Shown: one piece after another, positions 1 to 10,109 of the stretch
How the letters are laid out: each line of letters opens with the position of its first letter
Numbering within the stretch: position 1 is the stretch's first letter
Assembly (NCBI RefSeq): GCF_000315625.1
Contig: NW_005434627.1
Coordinates: forward strand, 185,915-229,367
Direction: 5' to 3'
DNA from: Guillardia theta CCMP2712
Taxonomy: Eukaryota > Protista > Cryptophyta
DNA: 43,453 bases
Notes under the pieces: model-generated
Seen by the model: the letters and a program-made list of their open reading frames with translations, nothing else
Told to the model about the DNA's origin: nothing
Database searches by the model: none
Program-made: the position numbers and the translations under genes

Positions 1-1130
1 CGCGTTTGCGAGCCAAGACCTCAGTAGCAGGTCCGTCATCAGGCACGAAGTGCCGACCAAACGCCGCATCCTCAAGAGGCATTGAGCGCTGAGCAATGAT
101 GTCCGCGAGATACCAGATGAAGCGGAGGGTGTCAGGATGCAGGGTACCGTCCGTCGAGATGGCAAGAGGGATGAACGCTCGAGGAGGAGTAGTCATGGCA
201 TATGCAGCGCGATGTTTGCGAATCTTCTCAGACGCTGCAACATGGAGGGCGTCGAGGTTGACCTCCCCCCACTTGGTCAGGTCGGCAGAGCTACCAATGT
301 AAGGGTGGACCAACGTCACGTCCGCCATCAAGCCCTCGTACTGCTCGGGCCCTCGATCGCGGATTCCAGGAATGTGGATATCGCCCTTCATCTTGCGGCC
401 ATGAGGATGGGAGGGTACCTGCCGTCGAGAACGAGGATCCCCCACTGTATCGATGACGCTCTGAAGACCAGCTTCGTTCAGCATCGACCGAATCGTACGA
501 GTAAGGTTGTCATGCGCCGTGGGAAGCTTGGAGGATCGGCGTTTGCAGGTCTGGAGATGATGTGCAGCAACGGAGGGGTCGAGCTCGCGCTGACATCCAT
601 CACATTCCGTCGGACACTGGCAGATCGGCATGCCATGGAGATAGCAGTCGAGCATCTGAGCATAGCGGTGCGGGAAGGCCTTGAGGGGGTAGTAGCTCGA
701 GACTCGCATCGGAGAGTGGCTCAGGTCACGCTCAGGAAAATGAGCGAAGATGGTAGACTGCAAGACCCTATCCTGCGACTTGAGCGAGTGTGTCCTGCGG
801 CTGTGCAAGGTGAGGATATCACGCTGCTGATCGGTCAGCGCAGCGCGAGCATGCACATGGCGAGGGAAGACGCGCATGACAAGAGGGGTCACATTTCGCT
901 GCGCAGGCGGCGGAATGAAGTGCTCATGAGACGAGTCGACGAGAGCGCGCAAACCAGGGATGTGTACCACAGATGCCGGGGGGCGGCCTGCGTCATCAGG
1001 CATAGCAGCCGGGGCAGGTGGGATCGCCGCGCCATCTGCAGCCGGTGCAGGAGCCTTGACACGACGGTAGAGGATCGCTCTTTCATTATGAACGAAGTCG
1101 TGCGCCTCAACGAAGAAGGTCGCCAGAGGA
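1..1130 (-). mobile_element. Non-LTR retrotransposon-derived (CRE/R2-like, RLE clade) C-terminal region: CCHC zinc knuckle plus restriction-like endonuclease; runs off the window's left edge
   Basis: Manual minus-strand translation (antisense to track ORF 137..1210) is stop-free and reads CDGCQRELDPSVAAHHLQTC (545-604, CCHC knuckle), AHDNL (RHD-like), KGDI, ADVTLVHP, AASEKIRKH, FIPLAISTDGTLHP. This is the canonical motif order of the RLE domain in CRE/R2-type elements. Confidence 0.88.
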
Positions 1131-1798
1131 TGTTGGTCAGTCGGCTGCCTCCGGGTATCGCGTCTAAGGGATTTTATTCCTCCTGCATGCTCCTGCTGCT
1201 TGTTGCTTGATTGCTTGAGTAAATCCTGTACTCCCGCTTGACCCTTCGGCTGCTTGTCTGCGCGGCTTCGCGCTTGGGCTGGCGGTGCCGGCAGTGCTGG
1301 TTCTTTTCGGGCTTGTGTTTTGTGTACGATTGGCAGGTAATGGATTGTGCAGCTTCTCGCTGTGCGCTGTGTGCCTGGAGGTTTAGCTTGTTCCTGCTTT
1401 GTTTTGCTTGAGGCACTTTTTACCTTCTGCCAGTAAATCCGCCTTCTACCCGGAGGCATCCGACTGACCACTGTCAGTCGAGACGTCCGCCGCCGCCGCA
1501 AAGCTTGCGGTCGCGGACGGAGAAAGAGCTGAGCCGCCGACAAGGAGCCGGCGCTGCCCGGGGGTCCGCCGGGGGCAGCGGACAGAGGGAGGCTGGGCAC
1601 AGGAGCACGGTACCGCTCGAGGTGACGCATCAAGTCCTCCTCGCTAGCCTCCGAGTCAGCGGTAGCCGAGACCAACACCACCCGTGACGGCGGCGACGCT
1701 GCATCAATGGCCCAAGGGACCGGGCTGTGCGGCATCGGAGGCAGGCGAGCTCGGACCAGCAGCAAGCACCCCAGTGGTGTCGAGCTCTCCGGAGGCAT
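2..1798 (-). CDS. 3'-partial ORF (at least 599 codons): low-complexity N-terminus fused in frame to the CCHC-RLE region; no RT domain visible
   Basis: Codon-by-codon check finds no stop in this frame from 1804 to 2. In-frame ATGs at 1798, 1735, 1630 and 1459. Absent from the ORF track because the stop lies outside the window. Confidence 0.5.
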   Translation of the reverse strand, partial: MPPESSTPLGCLLLVRARLPPMPHSPVPWAIDAASPPSRVVLVSATADSEASEEDLMRHLERYRAPVPSLPLSAAPGGPPGSAGSLSAAQLFLRPRPQALRRRRTSRLTVVSRMPPGRRRIYWQKVKSASSKTKQEQAKPPGTQRTARSCTIHYLPIVHKTQARKEPALPAPPAQARSRADKQPKGQAGVQDLLKQSSNKQQEHAGGIKSLRRDTRRQPTDQHPLATFFVEAHDFVHNERAILYRRVKAPAPAADGAAIPPAPAAMPDDAGRPPASVVHIPGLRALVDSSHEHFIPPPAQRNVTPLVMRVFPRHVHARAALTDQQRDILTLHSRRTHSLKSQDRVLQSTIFAHFPERDLSHSPMRVSSYYPLKAFPHRYAQMLDCYLHGMPICQCPTECDGCQRELDPSVAAHHLQTCKRRSSKLPTAHDNLTRTIRSMLNEAGLQSVIDTVGDPRSRRQVPSHPHGRKMKGDIHIPGIRDRGPEQYEGLMADVTLVHPYIGSSADLTKWGEVNLDALHVAASEKIRKHRAAYAMTTPPRAFIPLAISTDGTLHPDTLRFIWYLADIIAQRSMPLEDAAFGRHFVPDDGPATEVLARKR

Positions 1799-2455
1799 CC
1801 GACGTCACAGTGGGCGCGTCGGCTCCACTCTGGATGTTTCCCCCATCGGAGTCGGAGACCTCCGGCGAAGACTCCTCGGGCGACTCGACAAAGTCCGAGG
1901 AGGAGCTGTCCTCTGGCTCGAGAAGTGCTTGCACCCGCAAGGGCGTCATGCGCCTCGCACCAGACAGGAGCTGACGTCTGATGCCTCCGGAGAGCTCGAC
2001 ACCACTGGGGTGCTTGCTGCTGGTCCGAGCTCGCCTGCTTGCTCCCCCCCGACGGGGTCCTTGGGCACTCAGTGACTGCTGCAGCGTCGTCGCAGTCAAT
2101 AGCGGTCTCGGTCTTGGCTGGCCGCTGAGGACAGTGAGGAGGACTGTTTGCATCACTTGGAGCGGTACCGTCGGCTTGCGCCCGGCCTCCATGTGTCAGC
2201 GGCCTCTGCGGTGGCGGACGCGTCGACTGACAGTGACAGCGGTCAGTCGGACGGGCCTCCGGGTATCGTGTATGTATGAGGGCGTTCACGTCCCCTGCTG
2301 TGCCGGTATCACGGTGCTTGTTCAACGGTTGCTTGCCCCTCTCTGCTACACGATGTCTGAGTTTTACTCGCATAAGGTAAAAAGTGCCTCAAGCAGAAGA
2401 AACAAGCAACAAGCAAAACGGCGGCGTCAGGCATAGAGCACACAGCAACAAAAGC
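1350..2455. repeat. Large fold-back (inverted repeat) with a ~164-bp spacer
   Basis: 1741-1807 vs 1972-2038 is a 67-bp inverted repeat with 1 mismatch. Diverged inverted similarity continues outward: about 1608-1645 vs 2130-2170, 1447-1500 vs 2205-2266, and AAGGTAAAAAGTGCCTCAAGCA at 2374-2395 vs its reverse complement at ~1405-1426. Confidence 0.85.
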
Positions 2456-3339
2456 GCTTGTCTACGTGGCTTCCCGCGTGGCGGCTGGCAGTGACGGTGT
2501 AGGGTCTGGTTGCCAGCAGTGCTGGTTACTTTCGGTCTTATATTTCATGTGTTTGAGCCGCGTTTGTTGCTACCGCTTGAAGTGCCGGGGCGGCGTCGCC
2601 GGGGAGAATCGGCGGCCTTCCCGCTTGCCACTGACTAGCCTCATCGGGCCGCCGGGCCACGGACGGGCAGCCGGGCCACATTCTAATCCTGACTGGTACC
2701 CTCTGCTGATTTCATCTCAGGTATATAGCAGACATTACATCTGATCCCCGCTTTGGCGGGGCTGAGTCGACCTGCCCGGGTTGCCACCGTGACGGGTGGC
2801 ACTCAGGGGCACCGGGCACGGTAGCTTGCCTTGAAACGCGCAGCTATTGATCCGATGATCAGCGTCGAGTCTAGTACTGAACTTTCAATACTTCTGCTCA
2901 GTAACCTCCGAATTGCCAACTGGTATCCACGGGTGTATGCCCGGCGATCTCAGTCGGTCACTGACCGGGCCCCGGCCCGGCCGCTGCGAGTCGGACAGTC
3001 GAACTAACGGAAGTTGATTGATCCCCCCGGGCAGTGCCGCCACTAAGCGAGCTCGCCTCAGAGCTCTCAGTCAGCTTGCAGAACACCTAGCCTACCACCC
3101 TGTAGAAAATGACCCCTACCCCCCCAAAAGTATCTAATTCCAACAAAGTGCAGGATCGTACCTACTTGAAACGCTGTTTCCTACCGAATCATGATCATGC
3201 TGATAGTACCGGTAGTATTACTACCCCATCAAATGTACCCACCCCCCGTGGTAGAAACCTCAGACATCTCTTGTCTCAGTCCTCCCGCCCTCCTCGATCC
3301 TCCCCCTGCCTCCCCTTCTCATCCTCCCCGCCCCCACCC

Positions 3340-3580
3340 ATGCCTCCTGCTCCCCACCCCATGCCTCCTGCTCCTCCTCCTCTTCCTCCTGCTGCTCCTG
3401 CTGCTCCTGCTGCTCCTACTGCAGCTGCTGCTCCTGCTGCTCCTGCTGCTGCTCCTGCTGCTGCTCCTGCTGCTCCTGCTGCTGCTCCTGCTGCTCCTGC
3501 TGCTCCTGCTCCTGCTCCTGCTGCTCCTTCTTCTACTGCTCCAGCTCCTGCTCCTGCTGCTCCTGCTGCTCCTGCTTCTG
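3340..3580. repeat. (GCT/CCT)n low-complexity repeat
   Basis: Tandem CCTGCTGCT/GCTCCT units. Confidence 0.9.
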
Positions 3581-3918
3581 TCCTGCTGATGTCGCTGTTG
3601 CTGTTGTCCTCCTCGTTCTCATCGCCCTCTTCCTTCGCCTTCCCTTCCCTCTCCTCATCCTTATACTCGTTTTCATTGTTTTCTCCTTGTTCCCACCCCT
3701 ATGTCAAATTTCCCTCCTCCTCTTTTCCCTCCTCTCTCTTTCCCTCCTCCAGTCTCCCAGATCATTCACTCCGTCATGTTCCCCCTCCCCTTCCTCACCT
3801 CAACTGTCTCCCATCCTTTATCTTGTCTCCTGGACCTCCTTACCTCCTCTTTGTCACCTACCCGCTCCCCTTGTGATCCCGCTCCTCTGCCTTGGGCCCC
3901 AAACTCTTGCCTAACCTT

Positions 3919-3951
<33 letters not shown>

Positions 3952-4606
3952 CTTTCATTGACCTTATCCTTCCTCTTCCGCATCGTTTTCCTCCCCAAAT
4001 GTTCCCTTTCACCCCCGTTCTCCTTTACATTTCCTCCGATGTGGTCACCTTGTCCTGTTTCCTGCACTCCCTGAATTATCGCTGTACCGCTTCTCCTACA
4101 AGTTCCCCATCCCCTCATTCTTGTCTCTCTCTTGCTTCTTCCGTCTTCTTCCAAAAGGGCGTTCTTGCACCTCTTTCCTTCCTGCTGCTGATTCTACAGC
4201 AACTCGTCCTTTTGATACTCTCTACTTCCCTCGCCTTCTTCATCTTGCTCCCTCCTGACCTCTTGCTCCCTCCTGACCTCTCCTCCATGAGGAGTAGGAC
4301 GAAGAAGATCGGCGTCCAACTCTCCTTCCAAATCTTTCTGTTGCTTCTTTCCGACGTCTCACCATCTGCTGTCTTCCCCATCTTCGCCTCTTACACGATT
4401 TGTGCTCACTGCTTTGATTGCAAGGTCTTGTCCGCTCATTAGCCCGCCGCTCTCATGCTGGTCTGCTATCCACTCATGCGCAGTTATCTTGTGCTTGGCT
4501 GTCCAAGATCCTCCATACCAGGCGTGTAGAGGCGTGTGGTCTCATACTTGCACAAAAAATGTGCAGCTTCTGATTTTGGCTCTCCCTGGAAGAGCCTCGA
4601 CCAGAC

Positions 4607-7600
4607 ATGCCTGTGCGCAACATCAAGAAGCAAGATAAGATCGTCTCTCAGCAGAGAATCGAGACCTCACCACAAGAATTTCTCAAGGACGACGAAGCCA
4701 AGGAGTGCAATGACGTCAGCTTAGACGGATGCAAGCATGAGAAGGAGCCACAAGGATGTGACGATGAAAGTGTCATCTGTGAAGGAGGCCTCGAAAATTT
4801 CATTTGGCTCCCAGTAAAGGGAATGACACTGCTAGAAGAGCAGGTAATGCTCGTTTTTCGGTCTGTGTTTTTCTTCCGTTCCTTTCCGTTACCCCATTTG
4901 GGTCGATGACTCCTGGCAGGAACTTCCCTTGCTTGCAACCAGCCCGATCAGCTACGTCAAACTTCGGAATCACATCTTGTCTACGTAAGCACTTGTGACC
5001 TGTATCCATGGTTCAGCTTCACCTAGGTGGCATAAGAATCCGTCGCAAGAGCTCACACACGAGGCTGCAGCTCTCGATGCTCCGATAGTGTTCCACAGGC
5101 GAGAAGCTCAAGCAGAGGTGAAGCGTCTGACGTTTGTCGAGTACCTAATGCTTTGCAGGCCATCCGTCTGATCCACGAGTTCTTGTCTTGCCATGGACAT
5201 ATTAATGTCGGCGTGTTCGCACCGAAGACGCCGACATTGATGTCGAACTCTAGCACAGCCACGGCAGGCAGCGAAGATGGAGGGGCAGGAGTGGAAGGGG
5301 GAAAGGGAGAAGCGTATGATGTGATCGTGGTTGGAGGAGGAATCGCAGGTGGCGAAGCGGGAGAAAGGAGAGAAACGTTTTGCTCTTGACCTCATGCACA
5401 TGGCAGGTTTGGCAGCAGCAAGTCAGCTGAAGAGAAGAGGACACAAGGTGAGGTCAAGGTCGATGGTCTGGCTGGAAGAAAGTGACTCCCTGCAGGTTGT
5501 GGTCTTGGAGGCTCAGAGCTTCATCGGGGGTCGAGCACGAGCAGGAGGCTGGAACAACCGAGACGAGTTCTTGACCTCCAGGCAGAAAAGCCTCAAGAAG
5601 AAGAAGACAGCCGAACCCCCGGCGGTGAAGCTCCAAGAAATGAGAGACAGCAGAAGTGACTCTCATCGCTTCCAGGACCACAGGCCTCACGAGGAAGGCA
5701 CTGACGGAGGAGCTTCGACTGCCTTGGACTTTGGAGCGATGATTATCACAGGGATATGGGGTAACCCGATAGCGATGCTGTGCAGGTAAGAGCGCTGGAG
5801 CCTGCTCAAGCTGACCCTGCAAAAGGCAACTAGGCATCAAGATGCAGCAGATTAAGAACGCCTGCCCTCTCCTCGATGCTGAGCCGGTCCTCTTCTCCTC
5901 CACTCTCCTTCTATTCCCTCCTTCTCTCTCTCCTCCTCTTGTCCTGTTTCATTCCTTTTCGCCTCATCATCGGGGTTCCCAACCCCTTCTCCGCTGCATT
6001 TTGCTGATGTGCTAACAGCAAGGAAGCTTCAAGGACGTGTCCTGTAGGAAGCTTTCTCCTCCTGAGGTACAGCCTGACGAACGTAACAAGTTGTGCTCGT
6101 TATCCATGACAAGTCTCCGGAACCTCAACAGGGAGCATTGCTGCATCATTCCATCCCCAAGGACGTCGACAACAAGATTCAAGTATGATGCTCAGAGTAG
6201 CAGCAGCAGCAGGAGGTGCACTGCTTTCCTCACCCTTTGGCAGTCAATCTTCAATAAGGCTCTCACCGCAGCTTGCAATAAGAGGAAGCATCTAGCTGAC
6301 GATCAGGTGAGATCATGATGCAGATGGCAGGACGAGAGAGCAGAGGATAACGGCATGGAATAGGACTTGTCATTGGGAGAAGAGCTCTTGAGAGTGCTTC
6401 ACAACTACAAGTTCTCTCAAGTCGAGACTCGAGTCTTAAACTGGCACATTGCCAACCTCGAGTATGGATGTGGAGCTCCTCTTGACGAGGTTGACTTGCC
6501 CTGACCCCTCATCATCCTCACCATCCTCACCCCTCGTCCTCTTCTTCATCTTCCTCACCCTCGTCCTCTTGTTGCTCACCATCAGTCCTCTTGCAGGTTT
6601 CTCTTCGTTTCTGGGATCAAGACGACGCGTTTGGCTTCGGCGGGCCGCACTGTCTCATCCCGGGGGGTTACCAGCGCATCGCCGAGGAGCTCGCGAAGGA
6701 GGTGGAGGAGATCAGACTGAACGCGGAGGTGGCACGGGTGCGATGGACGGGACGAGGAGGCGAGAAGAAGCGGAAGGAGGAGGGAGAGGAGACGCAGGAG
6801 CTTTCACCTCCTTCTGCCGAGAGCAAAATCGAGTCCCTCCTGTGCGTGGGGGCGTTTGTTGGGAAACTGAATGCAGGGACGCAGGAAGTGAGGGCGATGG
6901 AGAGCGTGAGGACGAAACACAAAGTACCCGAGGGGTGGAGAATCTTCTCGACGATGAAGAGAGTCTCTACCTCCTGCTTCTCCTTGTCAGGGGGCGGAGG
7001 AATCGACTGCGACGTTGTGTTTCAAACCGAAAGGGGGGTGAAGCTGCGCAGCATCGGAGACGCGAAGAGAGAGATCAAACGAATGCGATCGGGCAGCTGG
7101 GAGGAGGAGAAGCAGCAGGAGGCTCTACATGACGTCAACAAGGTGCTGCGAGACATGTGCCGGCTGGAGGCCGAAGATGGGCAAAGAAGAGAATGCGAGA
7201 GACAGATCCTCCAATCTCTTGGGCTGAGTTACGAGGAAGAGGACGAGGAAGAGGACGAGGATGACGAGGAGGAGGCAGAGACTACGTCTGAAGTGTCAGA
7301 TAGGGCAGGAGAGTGGGAAGAAGGGATGGAAGTAGAGATGTACTTCAGTGATGGCATGTGGTATCGGGGACGCGTGACGTCATTGGAGGACAAGGTAGCA
7401 GTGATCGACTTTGAGGATGGTGACAGGCAGACGGTCAGACTGCCAGACCCGGACGTGCGTCCCGTGAGAGCTCTTGGGTCGTCGTACATGCAAAGCAAGG
7501 AGGAGGAGAAGGAGACTGAGGAGGAGGAGAAGATGAAATGCGGCTCCCATTGGAAGAGAAAAGGAGAAGGAGAACGTAGGAAAAACTCTCAGGGTGAGCA

Positions 7601-9632
7601 GAAGAGGCCGAGGAGGAGCGCAGTGGACCAGCAGCTGCAGGTCGGGGATGAGGCAGAAGTTCTTTTCAGCGATGGCGTCTGGTATCGGGGACGAGTGACA
7701 GCAAGAAAGGAGAACCTCATCCATGTCGCTTTTGCCGATGGCGACCGGCAGAGTTTCCTCCTCCCAGACCCAGATGTCCGCCCTGCTACTGCTCCCTCTG
7801 CCTCCGACATGTCCTCTCCATCCACTGACGACAGAAGTGTGCAAACAACCCTGAAGGATGATGAGGAGAGCGAGAAGGTGGAGAACATGGATAGGGAGGA
7901 CAAGCAGGACAAAGAGGAGAGCGAGAGCGAAGAGAAAAGGGAGAAGGAGAACGAGAAAAGCGAGAAATCGAATAGCGTGGAAGCTTCAACGTCGCTGAAC
8001 GACATGGATATTGGGAGTGCGGGACAGTCTACTTTGGGAAGAGGGAGCAAGCTCAAGTACCACGTTGGCATGCAAGTTGAGATGGTTCGCTATGTAGTCT
8101 TTTCCTACCTTCTGCCTTCTTGCCCCTTCCCCCTACACCCCTCCCTCCCCTTCTCTCTCTCACAATTGTTTCAGTTCTTCGATGATGGTGTCTGGTATCG
8201 AGGGCGCGTTGCCTCGCTGTTGCAGGACGTTGCGACAGTTTTCTTCGAAGACGGCGACGTGCAGCAAGTGTCACTCCCTCACCCTGACGTGCGTCCCGCT
8301 CGACCTCCTCCTCCTGTCCGCGTGCACACAAGGGACGGGCAGACGTTGAGAAGCAGAGCAGTGCTGCTCTGCGTTCCCATGGGAGTGATCCAACAGGGAG
8401 CAATGAAGTTCGAGCCTTCTCTCCCTTCCTGGAAGCATGAAGCCATTCGGCGGTCTCTCCCTCATATCTACTTGTTGCACTCCTTCCAAGTCCTCTACTT
8501 CTCTCTCTGCCCCTCTTCCTCCTCCCCTACTGCTCCTCCTCCTCCTCCTCCTCCTCCTCCTCCTCCTCCTCCTCCTCCTGTTTCTTACCTTATCTTATCG
8601 TCTCTGCAGTGCTGGCAATGGACTCATCAACAAGCTCACGATTGAGTATCGAGGTCGCCCGCCACTCCCTCGTCTGCCCTCACTCGTTCCTTCAGAAGTT
8701 TTCTGGGACCCTCAGGTGGATTTCTTCGGAACCACCTCCTCAGTAGTCGAGGTAGACGAACGCGAAGAGCAGCAAGGTCTGACGAGGCAGTAGGAGCGAG
8801 GAGCCTTCTTCCTGGTGTGGAGCCTCTTCCGCTTCACAGGTGACGAGACTTGACAGCAGACAGAGCGATGAAGAGCGAACATAGAGTGGGAGAGGATGAG
8901 AGGGGAGGGGAGGAGGGGAGGGGAGGGTTGGTGATCACGTACAGGTCGCCCTATCTTGATTGCAGTCTTGTCTGGAGCAGCAGCGAGGAAGTACGAGAGC
9001 CTTCCAGATGACACCGTAAGAACCTCAGCGATCGAGAGGACCTCGTTGCTGTCTGTCTTGCTGTCTGTCTTGCTGTCTGTCTTGCTGTCTGTCTTGCTGT
9101 CTGTCTTGCTGTCTGTCTTGCTGTCTGTGGCTGCTTGGGCGTCTTATCCTCTCATCTTCCTTCAGGTCGTCAGGAGGTTCCACGAGGCCATCACCAGCAT
9201 CTTCGGTCACGTGCCACAACCCGAGAGGAGTCACGTTACGCGATGGGGAAGCAACCCTCATGCTCGCGGCGCCTACTCGTTCGTCAAGGCGAGTCACCTC
9301 CCCGCCTCCCCCCCTTCCCCCGCTCATGTGCAGGTCATGCAGGTCGGCAGCAAGGGAGGGCCAGACTACGATCTGTTGGCAGAGCCCGTCGCAGGGCAGG
9401 TGGAGCATCTCAGTTGCGAGGGAGAGCGAGTGAGGAAGATGGCAGGTGTTCTTCGCGGGAGAGGGGACGTGCCGCGAGCATCCGGCAACGGCAGCAGGAG
9501 CGTACTTGACGGGGCTGCGAGAGGCAGGTGATCGCTTGAGCTGCCTGAGTTTGAGCTGGTGGCTGACGAGCTGTAGCTCGCTTGCATCGCCTGCTGTCGG
9601 AGATGAAGGGCGAGGCGAGGGATGACAGATGA
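4607..9632 (+). CDS. LSD1: Lysine-specific histone demethylase 1 family (SWIRM plus FAD-dependent amine oxidase), multi-exon, with inserted MBD-like and 3 Tudor domains
   Basis: Spliced peptides: SWIRM YVKLRNHILSTWHKNP and IHEFLSCHGHINVGVF; Rossmann motif VIVVGGGIAG|LAAASQL; VVLEAQSFIGGRA; DFGAMIITGIWGNPIAMLCR; LNWHIANLEYGCGAPLDE|VSLRFWDQDDAFGFGGPHCLIPGGY; GLINKLTIEY (catalytic Lys equivalent); VTRWGSNPHARGAYSFV; FFAGEGTCREHPATAAGAYLTGLREA. The 3' end could extend to ~9840 if one more intron is used. Confidence 0.93.
9049..9128. repeat. 12-bp tandem repeat (CTGTCTGTCTTG) x~6.5, intronic
   Basis: Directly visible; lies in an LSD1 intron (gtaaga at ~9016 to cag at ~9165). Confidence 0.9.
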
Positions 9633-10109
9633 AGAAGAGAGAAGAGAAATGGTGCGAAGAATTCATGTACATGAAAGAATTTGCAACCTAAAGGCGGCGA
9701 TGAGCATGAGGTTGGCGAGAAGGAGCAGCATGAGAAGGAGGCGGTTGAGGGCAGGAAGCGCTACCAACGCCCAAGAAGGGCCGCAAAAACGACCTGAGTT
9801 AGTATCAGTTCTCGTCATGATGAGCAGTGAAGTCACGTAGAGCAGAAGGAGCAGGAGAATGATTGGAACCAACCAGACATCTGCGAATATCAAGATCTGA
9901 CGGAAGAAACAGTTGAGTTGCAATCAGTCCGTCGTCATGTCAAATTACCAGAGAAGCAACGAAAGGGAAGCATCTCATACAGTTTGAAAGTAAAGCATCA
10001 AAAACATACAAAAATATCTCACAAGTTCCCGCATGTCACAACAAAGTTCCATCATTTGCAGTCAATAAGAACATGTACAAACTCATCTTTCACTTTACCG
10101 ATCTCACTA

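Noticed and set aside
137-1210. 357-aa plus-strand ORF
   Set aside because: It is the antisense shadow of the RLE frame (same codon register) and has no recognisable motifs.
1134-2560. Fanzor/TnpB omega-RNA locus or self-cleaving ribozyme
   Set aside because: No RuvC-type ORF nearby, and I could not identify a hammerhead or HDV core by eye. An Infernal/RNAmotif search would be needed.
3109-4442. Pro/Ala-rich and poly-Leu ORFs, and a possible minus-strand gene divergent from LSD1
   Set aside because: Explained by trinucleotide repeats and pyrimidine-rich sequence; no consistent exon chain found.
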